Source of the DNA: Xanthobacteraceae bacterium | Lineage (GTDB): Bacteria > Pseudomonadota > Alphaproteobacteria > Rhizobiales > Xanthobacteraceae | DNA: 30,743 bases | Reading direction: 5' to 3' | Assembly: GCA_041491825.1 (NCBI GenBank) | Contig: JBGPVT010000001.1 | Span: 1-30,743 of the forward strand | Shown: piece by piece, positions 9,602 to 19,070 of the stretch | Position numbering within the stretch: the stretch's first letter is position 1 | How the letters are laid out: each line of letters begins with the position of its first letter | Program-made: the position numbers and the translations under genes | Notes under the pieces: model-generated | Told to the model about the DNA's origin: nothing | Databases searched by the model: none | The model's input: the letters and a program-made list of their open reading frames with translations, nothing else

Positions 9602-10575
9602 AGCCACTTCTTCCATTTGAAGTAGAGATAAGGCGCGATCGCCGCGACGATCATCAGGATCAGCGCCAGCGGATAGCCGGCGACCCATTCGAGCTCCGGC
9701 ATGTGCCTGAAGTTCATGCCGTAAATCGAGGCGATCAGCGTCGGCGGCATCATCACGACCGCGACCACCGAGAAAATCTTGATGACGTTGTTCTGCTCCA
9801 TGCTCACCATGCCGACCACCGCGTCGAGCAGGAACTGGATCTTGTTGATCAGGAAGCTTGCGTGGTCGGTGAGCGATTGCACGTCGCGCGCCATGCTTCT
9901 CACCTGCGCGCGCTGTTCCTTCGCGAGCTTGATATTGTCGGCCTCGTTCGCGAGAAAGAGGACGAGCCGGCCGATCGAAACGAGGCTTTCGCGCGTTTTC
10001 GAGGTGAGGTCGCCCTTGCGGCCGATCGTTCGAAGGATCGTCTGATATCCCTGGTCGGGATCGTCGCGCGCCGCCCGGCCCTCGAAGATCCGCCGCGATA
10101 CCTGGTCTACCTCCGTGCCCACGCGTTCGAGGATATCGGCGGAGCGGTCAATCACCGCATCCAAGAGCTCGATCAGAACGCTTTCCCCGGTGACGCCTTG
10201 CGGACAAGCGCGTGCGAGTTTCGCCGTCACCCGCGCGAAAGGACGCGGTTCGTCGTAGCGGACGGTGACGAGCTTCCCGTTCGTGAGAATGAAGGTGACG
10301 ACCGCGGTCTTTGGCCTATCCGTCTCGGCGTCATAGACCAGGGTGGCGGTCATGTAGCGCGCGCCGCTCTCGATATAGAGCCGGCTCGACGGCTCGATCT
10401 CGGCCATTTCCTCGCGCGTCGGGATGTCGAGGCCGAGCTTGTCCTCCACCAGGCGCTCTTCTGCCGGCGTCGGTGAGACGAGGTCGAGCCAAACCGCACC
10501 TTCGAGCAGCGCGGCGTCGGCCTCGACGGCCATGCGCTCGAGAGAGCTTCCACGCAGATTATAGGCAAAGAGCAT
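9598..10575 (-). CDS. corA: CorA-family Mg2+/Co2+ transporter
   Basis: WLDLVSPT..E, two C-terminal TM helices with YGMNF and MPELEW. Confidence 0.93.
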   Translation of the reverse strand: MLFAYNLRGSSLERMAVEADAALLEGAVWLDLVSPTPAEERLVEDKLGLDIPTREEMAEIEPSSRLYIESGARYMTATLVYDAETDRPKTAVVTFILTNGKLVTVRYDEPRPFARVTAKLARACPQGVTGESVLIELLDAVIDRSADILERVGTEVDQVSRRIFEGRAARDDPDQGYQTILRTIGRKGDLTSKTRESLVSIGRLVLFLANEADNIKLAKEQRAQVRSMARDVQSLTDHASFLINKIQFLLDAVVGMVSMEQNNVIKIFSVVAVVMMPPTLIASIYGMNFRHMPELEWVAGYPLALILMIVAAIAPYLYFKWKKWL

Positions 10576-10706
10576 CGGGCGAACCCCGGAACGGACTTCG
10601 TTCCCTAGCGCGCGCTCATGCTTCCGTCCACGATGCCCGGCATTGCGGCACGGTCTTGCGACGATGAATGAGGAGGAGCTTAGAAGGCGCTTTCGCGCCC
10701 GATCCT

Positions 10707-10904
10707 TCAGCCGAGCAAGAGCTCGAGGTCGCGGATCGTCAGGACCTTCGGCGCGGCCGGGGCGTAGGCATGGTTCTTCTGCGCGCCGACATAGGGCAGT
10801 GCTGCGGCAATGGCGGAGATTCCGATTTCTCGGTACTGCTGACCCAAATCCGCACGGCCGGGCGTCCTCGTTTCGGGACTGCCGGCGTCTCTTTCATTCG
10901 ACAT
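10707..10904 (-). CDS. Small hypothetical protein (65 aa, YREIGISAIAAAL motif)
   Basis: ATG with purine-rich RBS (GGGGAAAGAA); motif resembles small alphaproteobacterial proteins I recall (unverified). Confidence 0.6.
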   Translation of the reverse strand: MSNERDAGSPETRTPGRADLGQQYREIGISAIAAALPYVGAQKNHAYAPAAPKVLTIRDLELLLG

Positions 10905-11222
10905 TTCTTTCCCCCTCGATAACTGTCCGCAAATCAGCGTTCGAGCGTTTCTAGCGTCGGTGTAAGGCGCTTTTTTGCAGCAATCACGGCCATTTAAGGC
11001 CGGTTTCAAAAAATTATTGTCGATGCCGCGCTAACGGGCATGCCGAAAACTTCCCGAAATATAGGCATTAACCTATCGATGTAGGCTGCTGCATTTCTGC
11101 AACAGGTTTTTGCAATGCGACGGATGAGGCGTTTGACCGCTTCCAAAGACGGTCGACTTTGCGGTAGTTCAAGGGATCCGCTGGGTCACCGGGGGGCCGG
11201 AGAGACAGGGACGTTCACGACT

Positions 11223-11825
11223 ATGCCGTTGAAGAAGCTCGCTTTCGTCGCAATCGCCCTCGCTTTGGGAGGCTGCCTTTCCGACACGCTCGATCCGACC
11301 CCGGATTCGGCGCTGAAGCCGCGCGACAAGAAACTGCTCGCAAGCGCGCCCTATCTCAACGCCAAACCCGGCGAAGGTTGGCTCCGCCACATGGTCGAAT
11401 ACTCCGGCAAGGAAAAGGCCGGCACCGTCGTCATCGATACCGACCGCAAGTTCCTCTACCTCGTGCTGGATAAAGGCAAGGCCTACCGCTACGGCGTCAC
11501 TGTCGGCGAAGAAGGCATGAGCTGGCGCGGCACCGCCAAGATCGGCAAGAAGACCGAATGGCCGGAATGGACGCCGACCGGCGACATTCTGAAGCGCATG
11601 CCGGAGCTGCCGCATTATGTGAGCCCCGGGCCGCACAATCCGATGGGCGCGCGGGCGCTCTATCTCTTCCAGGGTAACAAGGACACCCTGTTCCGAATTC
11701 ACGGCACCAATCAGCCGGAATACATAGGGCAGGCGATTTCCTCGGGTTGCATCCGTATGCTGAACGAGGATGTGATCGACCTGTATAATCGGGTTCCGGT
11801 CGGCGCGAATGTCGTCGTGATCTGA
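11223..11825 (+). CDS. L,D-transpeptidase (YkuD/ErfK family) lipoprotein
   Basis: Lipobox LGGC; GPHNPMGARALYL, catalytic RIHGT..SSGCIRM. Confidence 0.93.
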   Translation: MPLKKLAFVAIALALGGCLSDTLDPTPDSALKPRDKKLLASAPYLNAKPGEGWLRHMVEYSGKEKAGTVVIDTDRKFLYLVLDKGKAYRYGVTVGEEGMSWRGTAKIGKKTEWPEWTPTGDILKRMPELPHYVSPGPHNPMGARALYLFQGNKDTLFRIHGTNQPEYIGQAISSGCIRMLNEDVIDLYNRVPVGANVVVI

Positions 11826-11847
11826 CCGGTCCGATTGGGGGCGACAG

Positions 11848-11873
11848 GGCGCGGGCTTCGGCCCGCGCCTTTT
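11848..11873 (+). terminator. Rho-independent terminator
   Basis: GGCGCGGGC-TTCG-GCCCGCGCC followed by TTTT. Confidence 0.8.
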
Positions 11874-11919
11874 GCTTTCTGGACGGTGCTGAGCGCATCG
11901 GCGGAAAGATTAGGCCCCG

Positions 11920-12795
11920 CTAAGCCGCGTTCCCCAGCCGCACCAGCACGATCTCCGGCGGCACGCCGAGCCGCACCGGTGCGATCGAGCAACCAAGTCC
12001 GCCCGACACGATCATGTGGCGGCCGCGCTCGACGATGTGCCCATAGGCGAAGCGGTTGCCGTAACGCGACGGCACCACGGGCGAGTAGCCGAATAGCCGA
12101 ATTTGTCCACCATGCGTGTGCCCGGCAAGCGTGAGCGAAATCCGCTCCGGCACCTCGACGAAAATGTCGGGCTCGTGCGCGAGCAGGATCACGGGCGCGT
12201 CGTCGGCGACTTTGGCGAGCGTGCCCGGCAGGTCGTCGACGCCCTCGAAATGGCCGGGCGCGCGGATATGCGCGATCTGGTCGCCGAGGCCGAGAAGCCA
12301 GAACGGCCGGCCGCGGTGGACGAGACGGACCGCGTCGTTTTCCATCACCGGGATGCCGGCCGCATCGAGTGCTGCGCGAATTCGTGGAAGGTTGAACCAC
12401 CAGTCGTGATTGCCGAGGATCGCCTGCACGCCCAGCGGCGCGCGGCATTCCGCCCATAGCCTTGCCCATGTTTCCTGCGGGACGGACCGTGTCACGAAGC
12501 GGTGGTTTGCCTCGTAATCGCCGAGCAGGATGACGAGATCGGGTTTAAGCGCGTTGGTGGCGGCGACGATCTCCTCGATGCGCGCGGCGCTCATGTAAGG
12601 CTCGGCGGCATGCGGGTCGGCGATGACGGCGATCTTGAGCGAAAAGTCGCGCGGCCAGCCCGGCGGCGTGAGACCATATTCGGTGACGACGAGCCGCAGG
12701 CCGGGTTCGATCGCGCCGGCATAGCCGGCGACGAGCGCGGCGCCGCCGATAACGCCGGCCGCGCCGGTGAGAAAATGCCGCCGGGAAATCTTCAT
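11920..12795 (-). CDS. Tat-exported metallophosphoesterase (YkuE-like)
   Basis: SRRHFL twin-arginine signal; DPH, GDY, GNHD, HEPD, GHTHGGQ calcineurin-like motifs. Confidence 0.9.
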   Translation of the reverse strand: MKISRRHFLTGAAGVIGGAALVAGYAGAIEPGLRLVVTEYGLTPPGWPRDFSLKIAVIADPHAAEPYMSAARIEEIVAATNALKPDLVILLGDYEANHRFVTRSVPQETWARLWAECRAPLGVQAILGNHDWWFNLPRIRAALDAAGIPVMENDAVRLVHRGRPFWLLGLGDQIAHIRAPGHFEGVDDLPGTLAKVADDAPVILLAHEPDIFVEVPERISLTLAGHTHGGQIRLFGYSPVVPSRYGNRFAYGHIVERGRHMIVSGGLGCSIAPVRLGVPPEIVLVRLGNAA

Positions 12796-12825
12796 TCCGT
12801 TCGCCTTCGATGCCGGCGGAATCAA

Positions 12826-13602
12826 TCACTTTTCCTTTTCGGCTTTCTTACCGGCCGTCTCGGCGGCGGTTGCGGCCGTTTCCGGCGCCTTTGCGGGTTC
12901 CGGCAGGATCCACTGGCACATCTTATAGCCGCCGCGCCGCTCGGCGAGATCGACATGCAGGTGCGTTTCATGGTCCTTGTCGGAGCCGGGACCGAGCACC
13001 GTCATGAAGCGCGCGCAAGCCGATTGCCGCATGCCGGCGAGAAATTCCGGCGGGCCATCGGCGTTTTCGATTACGATCTTGCGCCCGTCGGCGAGATGCA
13101 GCGCGCGGATGTCGAGAGCATTGGCCTTGCCATGTTCGCTCATCACGGCGCCAAGCACGCTGTTGCGCGGGCGGCACGAAAACGAGGCGGCGACGTCGAT
13201 GCGCTCGATGCCGCTGCCGAGCCTCTCGGCCAGCGGCGCAAGGTCCTCGCGCACCCAACGGGCGATCACGAGCGCGGTCGGGCAGCGCAGAACCGCCGCC
13301 GGCTTCAGCTCGACAAGTTGGCCTCCGGCAAGCTTGATCGCGCTCATGCTGACGGGCGCCGCCGCGGTGCATCCGTTGTCCCAGGCCATCGGATCGAGCG
13401 CCGCCGCGACCGCGACGTCGGCACGCACGAATTCCTCGCATAGTTTCCGGGCCGCCTCGCGCTCCAGGGGGTCGATCTCGACCGGTAGCGCAACCTTCCG
13501 GTCCGCCTCCGGCGGGCGCGGGCGGGGGAGCGGCGCATCGCCCGCGAAGCCGGGCGCCGTGAGCAAAAAAAGGGCGAAGACCGATGCGGCGCGCCGTCTC
13601 AT
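12826..13602 (-). CDS. Extensin-like C-terminal domain protein (exported)
   Basis: Signal peptide, PLPRPRP, C..AAPV, SFSCRPRN..SEHGKANALDI, LGPGSD..HETHLHVD. Confidence 0.85.
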   Translation of the reverse strand: MRRRAASVFALFLLTAPGFAGDAPLPRPRPPEADRKVALPVEIDPLEREAARKLCEEFVRADVAVAAALDPMAWDNGCTAAAPVSMSAIKLAGGQLVELKPAAVLRCPTALVIARWVREDLAPLAERLGSGIERIDVAASFSCRPRNSVLGAVMSEHGKANALDIRALHLADGRKIVIENADGPPEFLAGMRQSACARFMTVLGPGSDKDHETHLHVDLAERRGGYKMCQWILPEPAKAPETAATAAETAGKKAEKEK

Positions 13603-13793
13603 CGGCTTGCAATGCCGGTCGAGACGGGCGAAATGACGGCGGTCCGGCCGCCGGACAAGGTGGCCCGCTCTGGAATAGGCTCCGTAATGCCAAGAGTAGT
13701 AGTATAAGTGTTGCGCTATGCGCCAGCCGCGCTAATTTCGGGCCAAGGAAGACGCGGAAAGCGGATACTGATCGAGTTTAAGGGGAGGCATTC

Positions 13794-15434
13794 ATGAAAG
13801 GCTTGATGCAGGATTGGTCGCTCGTTTGCCACCGGATCATCGACCATGCGGCGATCCAGTACGGCAAGCGCAAGGTCGTCAGCCGCTCCATCGAAGGGCC
13901 GCTCCACGAGACGAATTACGCCGAGATCCGCAAGCGCGCGTTGAAAGTGGCGCAGCGGCTCGTCAAGGACGGCATTAAGCCCGGCGACCGCGTCGGCACG
14001 CTGGCGTGGAACACCTGGCGGCATCTCGAGGCCTGGTACGGCATCCTCGGCGCCGGCGCCGTCTACCACACCGTCAATCCGCGGCTGTTCCCCGACCAGC
14101 TCATCTACATCATCAATCACGGCGGCGACCGCGTGATGATGACCGATCTCACCTTCGTGCCGCTCCTGGAGAAGATCGCCGACAAGCTGCCGGCCATCGA
14201 GCGCTACGTGATCCTGACCGATCGCGCTCACATGCCGCAGACGACGCTCAAGAACGCCGTCGCCTACGAGGACTGGATCGGCGAAGTCGACGGCAACTTC
14301 AAATGGGCCGCGGTCGACGAAAACGACGCCGCCGGCATGTGCTACACCTCCGGCACCACCGGCAATCCGAAGGGCGTCGTCTATTCGCACCGCTCGAACG
14401 TGTTGCATTCGCTCGCCGCGGCGATGCCCGACGTGCTCGGCCTTTCCTCGCGCGACATCGTCTTGCCGATTGTGCCGCTGTTCCACGCCAACAGCTGGTC
14501 GCTCGCTTTCAGCGCGCCGATGAATGGTGCATCGCTTATCATGCCGGGTGCCAAGCTCGACGGCGCCTCGGTCTACGAATTGCTCGATAAGTACAAGGTC
14601 ACGGTGGCGGCGGCGGTGCCGACGGTTTGGCTGATGCTGTTGGCGCATCTCGAGCAGCACAATTTGAAATTGCCCTATCTCGAGCGCGTGCTGATCGGTG
14701 GCTCGGCCTGCCCGCGCGCGATGATGGAGAAATTCCAAGACAATTACGACGTGCGCGTCACCCACGCCTGGGGCATGACCGAAATGAGCCCGATCGGCAC
14801 CGCCGGCCAGTTGAAGCCCGAGGTCGCTGGTCTCGATCACGACGCCAAACTCGACGTGCAGGAGAAGCAGGGCTACTCGATCTTCACCGTCGAGATGAAG
14901 ATCACCGACGACAACAACAAGGAGCTGCCGTGGGACGGCAAGACCTTCGGCCGGCTGAAAGTTAAAGGGTCGGGGGTATCGGCGTCCTATTTCAAGGGCG
15001 AGGGCGGCAACATCCTCGACAAGGACGGCTACTTCGACACCGGCGACGTCGCCACCATCGACGAGCTCGGCTACATGAAAATCACCGATCGCGCCAAGGA
15101 CGTGATCAAGTCGGGCGGCGAATGGATTTCGTCGATCGATCTCGAGAACATCGCGGTCGGCCATCCCGATGTCGCCGAGGCCGCAGTGATCGGGATCGTG
15201 CATCCGAAGTGGGACGAGCGGCCGCTTCTCATCATCGTGGCCAAGAAGGACAAGAAAATCTCCAAGGCCGACTTGCTGAAATTCATGGAAGGCAAGATCG
15301 CCAAGTGGTGGATGCCGGACGACGTGATCTTCGTCGACGAGATCCCGCACACGGCGACCGGCAAGATCCTGAAGACGGCGTTGCGCGACCAGTTCCGCGA
15401 CTACCGCTTGCCGACGGCCACCGCGGCGGAATGA
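13794..15434 (+). CDS. Fatty-acid/3-methylmercaptopropionate-CoA ligase (DmdB-like AMP-binding enzyme)
   Basis: [42 protein letters not shown]. Confidence 0.93.
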   Translation: MKGLMQDWSLVCHRIIDHAAIQYGKRKVVSRSIEGPLHETNYAEIRKRALKVAQRLVKDGIKPGDRVGTLAWNTWRHLEAWYGILGAGAVYHTVNPRLFPDQLIYIINHGGDRVMMTDLTFVPLLEKIADKLPAIERYVILTDRAHMPQTTLKNAVAYEDWIGEVDGNFKWAAVDENDAAGMCYTSGTTGNPKGVVYSHRSNVLHSLAAAMPDVLGLSSRDIVLPIVPLFHANSWSLAFSAPMNGASLIMPGAKLDGASVYELLDKYKVTVAAAVPTVWLMLLAHLEQHNLKLPYLERVLIGGSACPRAMMEKFQDNYDVRVTHAWGMTEMSPIGTAGQLKPEVAGLDHDAKLDVQEKQGYSIFTVEMKITDDNNKELPWDGKTFGRLKVKGSGVSASYFKGEGGNILDKDGYFDTGDVATIDELGYMKITDRAKDVIKSGGEWISSIDLENIAVGHPDVAEAAVIGIVHPKWDERPLLIIVAKKDKKISKADLLKFMEGKIAKWWMPDDVIFVDEIPHTATGKILKTALRDQFRDYRLPTATAAE

Positions 15435-15451
15435 GCAATTATCCATTTTTT

Positions 15452-15690
15452 ACCCTCCCCACCGAACTCGGGCGCTCCCGAATTCGGCTTTTCAAGGCGG
15501 TCGAAGTCGAAAACATTCGACTTCGACTGGGGAGGGTCGCACGCAGCCAAGCCTGCGCAGGCTGCGTAAACTTACCTGCGCTGCGAGTTTACGAGCAAAG
15601 CGGGGTGGAGGTCGTGGCGAGAACGCCACCCCACCCCGACGGCTCAGGACTTCGTCCCTCGCCGTCGACCCTCCCCATCGAGGGGAGGGT
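15452..15690. repeat. Mosaic of nested palindromes (REP/MITE-like) between the CoA ligase and DUF1499
   Basis: ACCCTCCCCA/TGGGGAGGGT IR (15452-15537) enclosing two hairpins; further hairpins at 15541-15592, 15601-15638 and 15668-15690. Confidence 0.8.
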
Positions 15691-15705
15691 AGGAGTAAGA
15701 GTTCG

Positions 15706-16491
15706 ATGATCCGCCGGCGTCTCTATGTCGAGGTCCGCGTATCGCGGCTTGCGACCTGGAGCAGGGCAATCGCCATTTTCTCGCTGCCGGTGGTGGCGCT
15801 GGCGATCCTGTTGCACCGGATCGGGATCGTCGAATACGCCGTCGCCTATGCGACGCTCGTCGCGGGCTTTGCCGTCGCGCTCCTCGGATTGCTCGTTGCC
15901 ATCGCCGCCTTCATCGTGATCTGGAACGAAGGGTTGCGCGGGCTCGGCCGCGCGATCACCGCCACCGCGATCGGCCTCTTGCTCGTAGGCTGGCCGACGC
16001 TTGAATTCGCCCGCAGCGCGACGCTGCCCGCCATCACCGACATCACCACCGATTTTTCCGATCCGCCGCGCTTCGTCGCCGTCGCCTCGGCGCGCCCGCA
16101 CGGCGCCAATTCCATCAGCTATCCCGGCACCGACACGGCGCGGCTGCAGCGCGCCGCCTATCCGGGCGTGAAGCCCTTCGAGGTCGAGGCGAATCCCGAC
16201 GAAGTCTTCAACATGCTGATGTCGATCGTCGAACGGCGCGGCTGGCGCGTCTTGGACAACGTCTCGCCGCGCGGCGGCGAGCGCGACGGCCGCATCGAAG
16301 CGGTTGCCCGCACGCTGGTGATGGGTTTTCGCGAGGACATCTCGATCCGGGTGCGGACGGCCGACAAGGGCGTGCGCATCGATATGCGCTCGGCCTCGCG
16401 CTACGGCCGTCACGATTTCGGCTCGAATGCGCGCCGGATCGAGAGTTTCCTCGCCGAATTTGCCGATACGCGGCGCCGCGCCATGCGCTAG
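15706..16491 (+). CDS. DUF1499 domain membrane protein
   Basis: Three N-terminal TM segments, LPAITDITTD..DPPRF, IEAVART..GFREDISIR..IDMRSASRYGRHDFGSNARRI; AGGAG RBS. Confidence 0.88.
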   Translation: MIRRRLYVEVRVSRLATWSRAIAIFSLPVVALAILLHRIGIVEYAVAYATLVAGFAVALLGLLVAIAAFIVIWNEGLRGLGRAITATAIGLLLVGWPTLEFARSATLPAITDITTDFSDPPRFVAVASARPHGANSISYPGTDTARLQRAAYPGVKPFEVEANPDEVFNMLMSIVERRGWRVLDNVSPRGGERDGRIEAVARTLVMGFREDISIRVRTADKGVRIDMRSASRYGRHDFGSNARRIESFLAEFADTRRRAMR

Positions 16492-16628
16492 AGCATGATC
16501 CCGAAAAGTGGGAACCGGTTTTCGGAAAAGATCATGCTTTAGCAAAAAACATGATCCCGAAAAAGCCTGCCCCGGACTTGATCCGGGGTGGAAACCGGTT
16601 TTCGGAAAAGATCATGCTCCAGATCTAA
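16488..16628. repeat. Tandem pair of AGCATGATC...GATCATGCT elements, the second carrying a nested CCCCGGA-CTTGA-TCCGGGG hairpin
   Basis: Copy 1 matches 1257-1308; copy 2 (16549-16619) is interrupted at about 16566-16588; the cluster lies between two convergent TAG stops. Confidence 0.85.
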
Positions 16629-17539
16629 GTAAGCCGAAAGCGCGACGCGAGCGAAGGCGCGCCGCCGTCGGTTTCCACGATCCCGCGCTCCACGAGGTCC
16701 TCGAGCTGGGCGAGCGTCATCAGGCCGGCGGCACCCGTGAGCCGGGGGTCGAGCCCGATATAGATCGCGCGCACCAGCGCAGGGATATCCGCTTCTCCGC
16801 GCTCGAGCGAGCGCAGGATCGCCGTCTCGCGCGCGTTGCGGTGCGCGATGTAGCGGCCGACGAAGGCGTGCGCGTTCCTCACCGGCGGGCCGTGGCCGGA
16901 GAAATAAAGCGCCTCGGGACGCTGCTCGAGCTTCTTGAGCGAGGCCATGTAGTCGCCCATGGCGCCGTCGGGCGGCGCCACGATCGAGGTCGACCAGGCC
17001 ATCACGTGGTCACCCGAGAACAGAATGTCGGTCCCTCGCAGCGCGAAGGCGAGATGGTTCATGGTGTGGCCGGGTGTCGTCACCGCTTCGAGCGCGTAGC
17101 TCTTGCCCTCGACGATCTCGCCGTCCGCAAGCCGCGCGTCCGGCATGAAATCGAGATCGGCGCTGGCGTCGAGTCGGCTTTTTTCGTCGAGCTGTAGCGG
17201 ACGCGCGGCGCGGTGCGGACCTTCGGCGAATACCTTGGCCCCCGTTTTTGCGACGATCGCCGCCGCTGCCGGCGAGTGATCGCGATGCGTATGGGTGACG
17301 AAAACATGCACGACCTTCTCGCCTTTCACGGCACCGAGCACGGCGTCGATATGGAGGCGATCGTCGGGGCCGGGATCGACGATGGCGACTTCGCCTTCGC
17401 CGACGATGTAGGTGCAGGTGCCGGTAAAGGTGAATGGGCCGGGATTGGGCGCCAGAATCCGGCGCACATTCGGCGCGACGCGTTCCACCCGGCCAGGCGG
17501 CGCGTCGAAGTCGCGGTCGAAGGGAATGTCGTCGGCCAT
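16625..17539 (-). CDS. MBL-fold metallo-hydrolase (LACTB2-like, with C-terminal wHTH)
   Basis: NPGPFTFTGT, THTHRDH, TPGHTMNH, FSGDHVM, GHG motifs. Confidence 0.92.
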   Translation of the reverse strand: MADDIPFDRDFDAPPGRVERVAPNVRRILAPNPGPFTFTGTCTYIVGEGEVAIVDPGPDDRLHIDAVLGAVKGEKVVHVFVTHTHRDHSPAAAAIVAKTGAKVFAEGPHRAARPLQLDEKSRLDASADLDFMPDARLADGEIVEGKSYALEAVTTPGHTMNHLAFALRGTDILFSGDHVMAWSTSIVAPPDGAMGDYMASLKKLEQRPEALYFSGHGPPVRNAHAFVGRYIAHRNARETAILRSLERGEADIPALVRAIYIGLDPRLTGAAGLMTLAQLEDLVERGIVETDGGAPSLASRFRLT

Positions 17540-17826
17540 GAATGGATCGCGCTTCTGTCGTTTTGGATCGATCGAGCAATTATATCAGCGAGGGTGACCT
17601 ATCTTCGGGCGCGCGGCCAGTGCGGCGAGGTGCGGAACGAACCCCGTCTTGACGACGCCCTCCGATTGCGTTCTGCTTTAGGCGCAATCGAATTTCGGCC
17701 GTCTCTCGAAGGGCCTAGACGTTCCATGGCCGCAACCTGCAAGGCGCTCCCCGAAAATCTGATTGACTGAAGCCGCGCGATTCCCGCGCGGTCGCGCCTG
17801 CATGCGCGAGCAATGAGGAAGTTGAA

Positions 17827-18033
17827 ATGCCTACCGGTACCGTGAAATGGTTCAACCCGCAGAAGGGTTACGGGTTCATCCAGCCGTCCGACGGCGGCAA
17901 GGACGTGTTCGTCCACATCAGCGCCGTCGAGCAGGCGGGACTGTCGACGCTGGCCGAAGGCCAGAATGTTTCCTTCGATATCGTGACGACAGACCGCGGC
18001 AAGACCGCAGCGGGTAACCTCAAGGCGAAATGA
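17827..18033 (+). CDS. cspA: Cold-shock protein (CspA family), core copy
   Basis: GTVKWFN, RNP1 KGYGFI, RNP2 VFVHIS; symbol denotes the family. Confidence 0.95.
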   Translation: MPTGTVKWFNPQKGYGFIQPSDGGKDVFVHISAVEQAGLSTLAEGQNVSFDIVTTDRGKTAAGNLKAK

Positions 18034-18219
18034 ATTTCCCCGGCGGTCCGCACCGCCGCGCGCGCGCCAAGTACCCGTCTCGGAGCGGAGATGGGCCGAT
18101 TATTTTCTGCGCAATTATTGCGTGAAGCATGTAGACGATGAGATGGTCGGGCTATTTTTGTTTTTCGATATTTCAGCGAAGACAACAACCTTTTCGCATT
18201 GCTCTATTGGGGCGGTTCG

Positions 18220-18642
18220 TCAACGCTTGGCCCTTGGCCGCTCGACGAGAGAATTAAAAGCGTTAGCGCAATCGTATTTGAATTCATATTGGAGCTGCGA
18301 TGTCTTCGAGCTCGCGATGATATTGCAACCCGGGCGGTCGGTCTGATTTAGGAATTGGATGGCCGCCTTTTGATAGTCTTCCGGCTGTGGCAGAAATACC
18401 GAAGGACTGAGCACCATGCTGCCGGCGATGCCGAGGCCCAGCGCTCTTCCTGCCGGGAGTGAAACGAAGACCTTGTTTGCGTCAGGGCGATCGGAAACCG
18501 CCCAATCGGTTGCGGTTCCGTTCGAATTAACAAGACGAACCGTGGTCGGCCCGTTGTCCGCACTCTCGTAATCCTCTCCGCCGCCCGGAAGGAGCGCGCA
18601 ACCGGTCAGAGAAATTGCGAACAAGACCGCGATTATCCGCAT
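18220..18642 (-). CDS. Hypothetical lipoprotein (140 aa)
   Basis: MRIIAVLFAISLTGC lipobox; AT-richer codon usage than flanking core genes. Confidence 0.65.
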   Translation of the reverse strand: MRIIAVLFAISLTGCALLPGGGEDYESADNGPTTVRLVNSNGTATDWAVSDRPDANKVFVSLPAGRALGLGIAGSMVLSPSVFLPQPEDYQKAAIQFLNQTDRPGCNIIASSKTSQLQYEFKYDCANAFNSLVERPRAKR

Positions 18643-18833
18643 GAAATCGGTGTTCAGAAACACGGTGGTTTCGCCTTTATCGATTCGCTCGAGCGACTTT
18701 TCCGCCATGCAGAACCGCGCGCTCGCTATTGCGGCGGGGCCGGATTCGGCGAAGGGAAGGGCTCATTGTACCGAGATTGCGATCAGCGCCAAGAAATTGT
18801 AGAGATAGCACGATCTGCATGGGGGATGATTCA

Positions 18834-19010
18834 ATGAAAAGTATGGCCATAATTGCCGTCATCGCGATCTCGCTCGTGCTTGGCGGATGTTTTACGAGCG
18901 TCATCAATGCTTATAGCGTATCAGGCCAAGATCCTACCTTTAAGGGGAACGAGGTCTTGAACAATAGCCCCGCCAATACGCCCGTTCAGCCCGATGGCGG
19001 CGGCAACTAA
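18834..19010 (+). CDS. Small hypothetical lipoprotein (58 aa)
   Basis: MKSMAIIAVIAISLVLGGC lipobox, GGGGA RBS, followed by a hairpin. Confidence 0.55.
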   Translation: MKSMAIIAVIAISLVLGGCFTSVINAYSVSGQDPTFKGNEVLNNSPANTPVQPDGGGN

Positions 19011-19034
19011 CTCCATCATTATAGAGATCTGCGA

Positions 19035-19070
19035 AGAGAGACCCGGCGCGGAAAACGCCGGGGGCTCTCT
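19035..19070 (+). terminator. Hairpin downstream of the small lipoprotein and tRNA-Pro (possibly bidirectional)
   Basis: AGAGAG-a-CCCGGCG-cggaaaa-CGCCGGG-gg-CTCTCT; no clear U tract. Confidence 0.4.

Noticed and set aside
13716-15446. 576-aa minus-strand ORF
   Set aside because: Antisense shadow of the CoA ligase
16488-16628. Possible CRISPR array from the repeated AGCATGATC units
   Set aside because: Only two adjacent copies, long palindromic units with no unique regular spacers, and no cas genes
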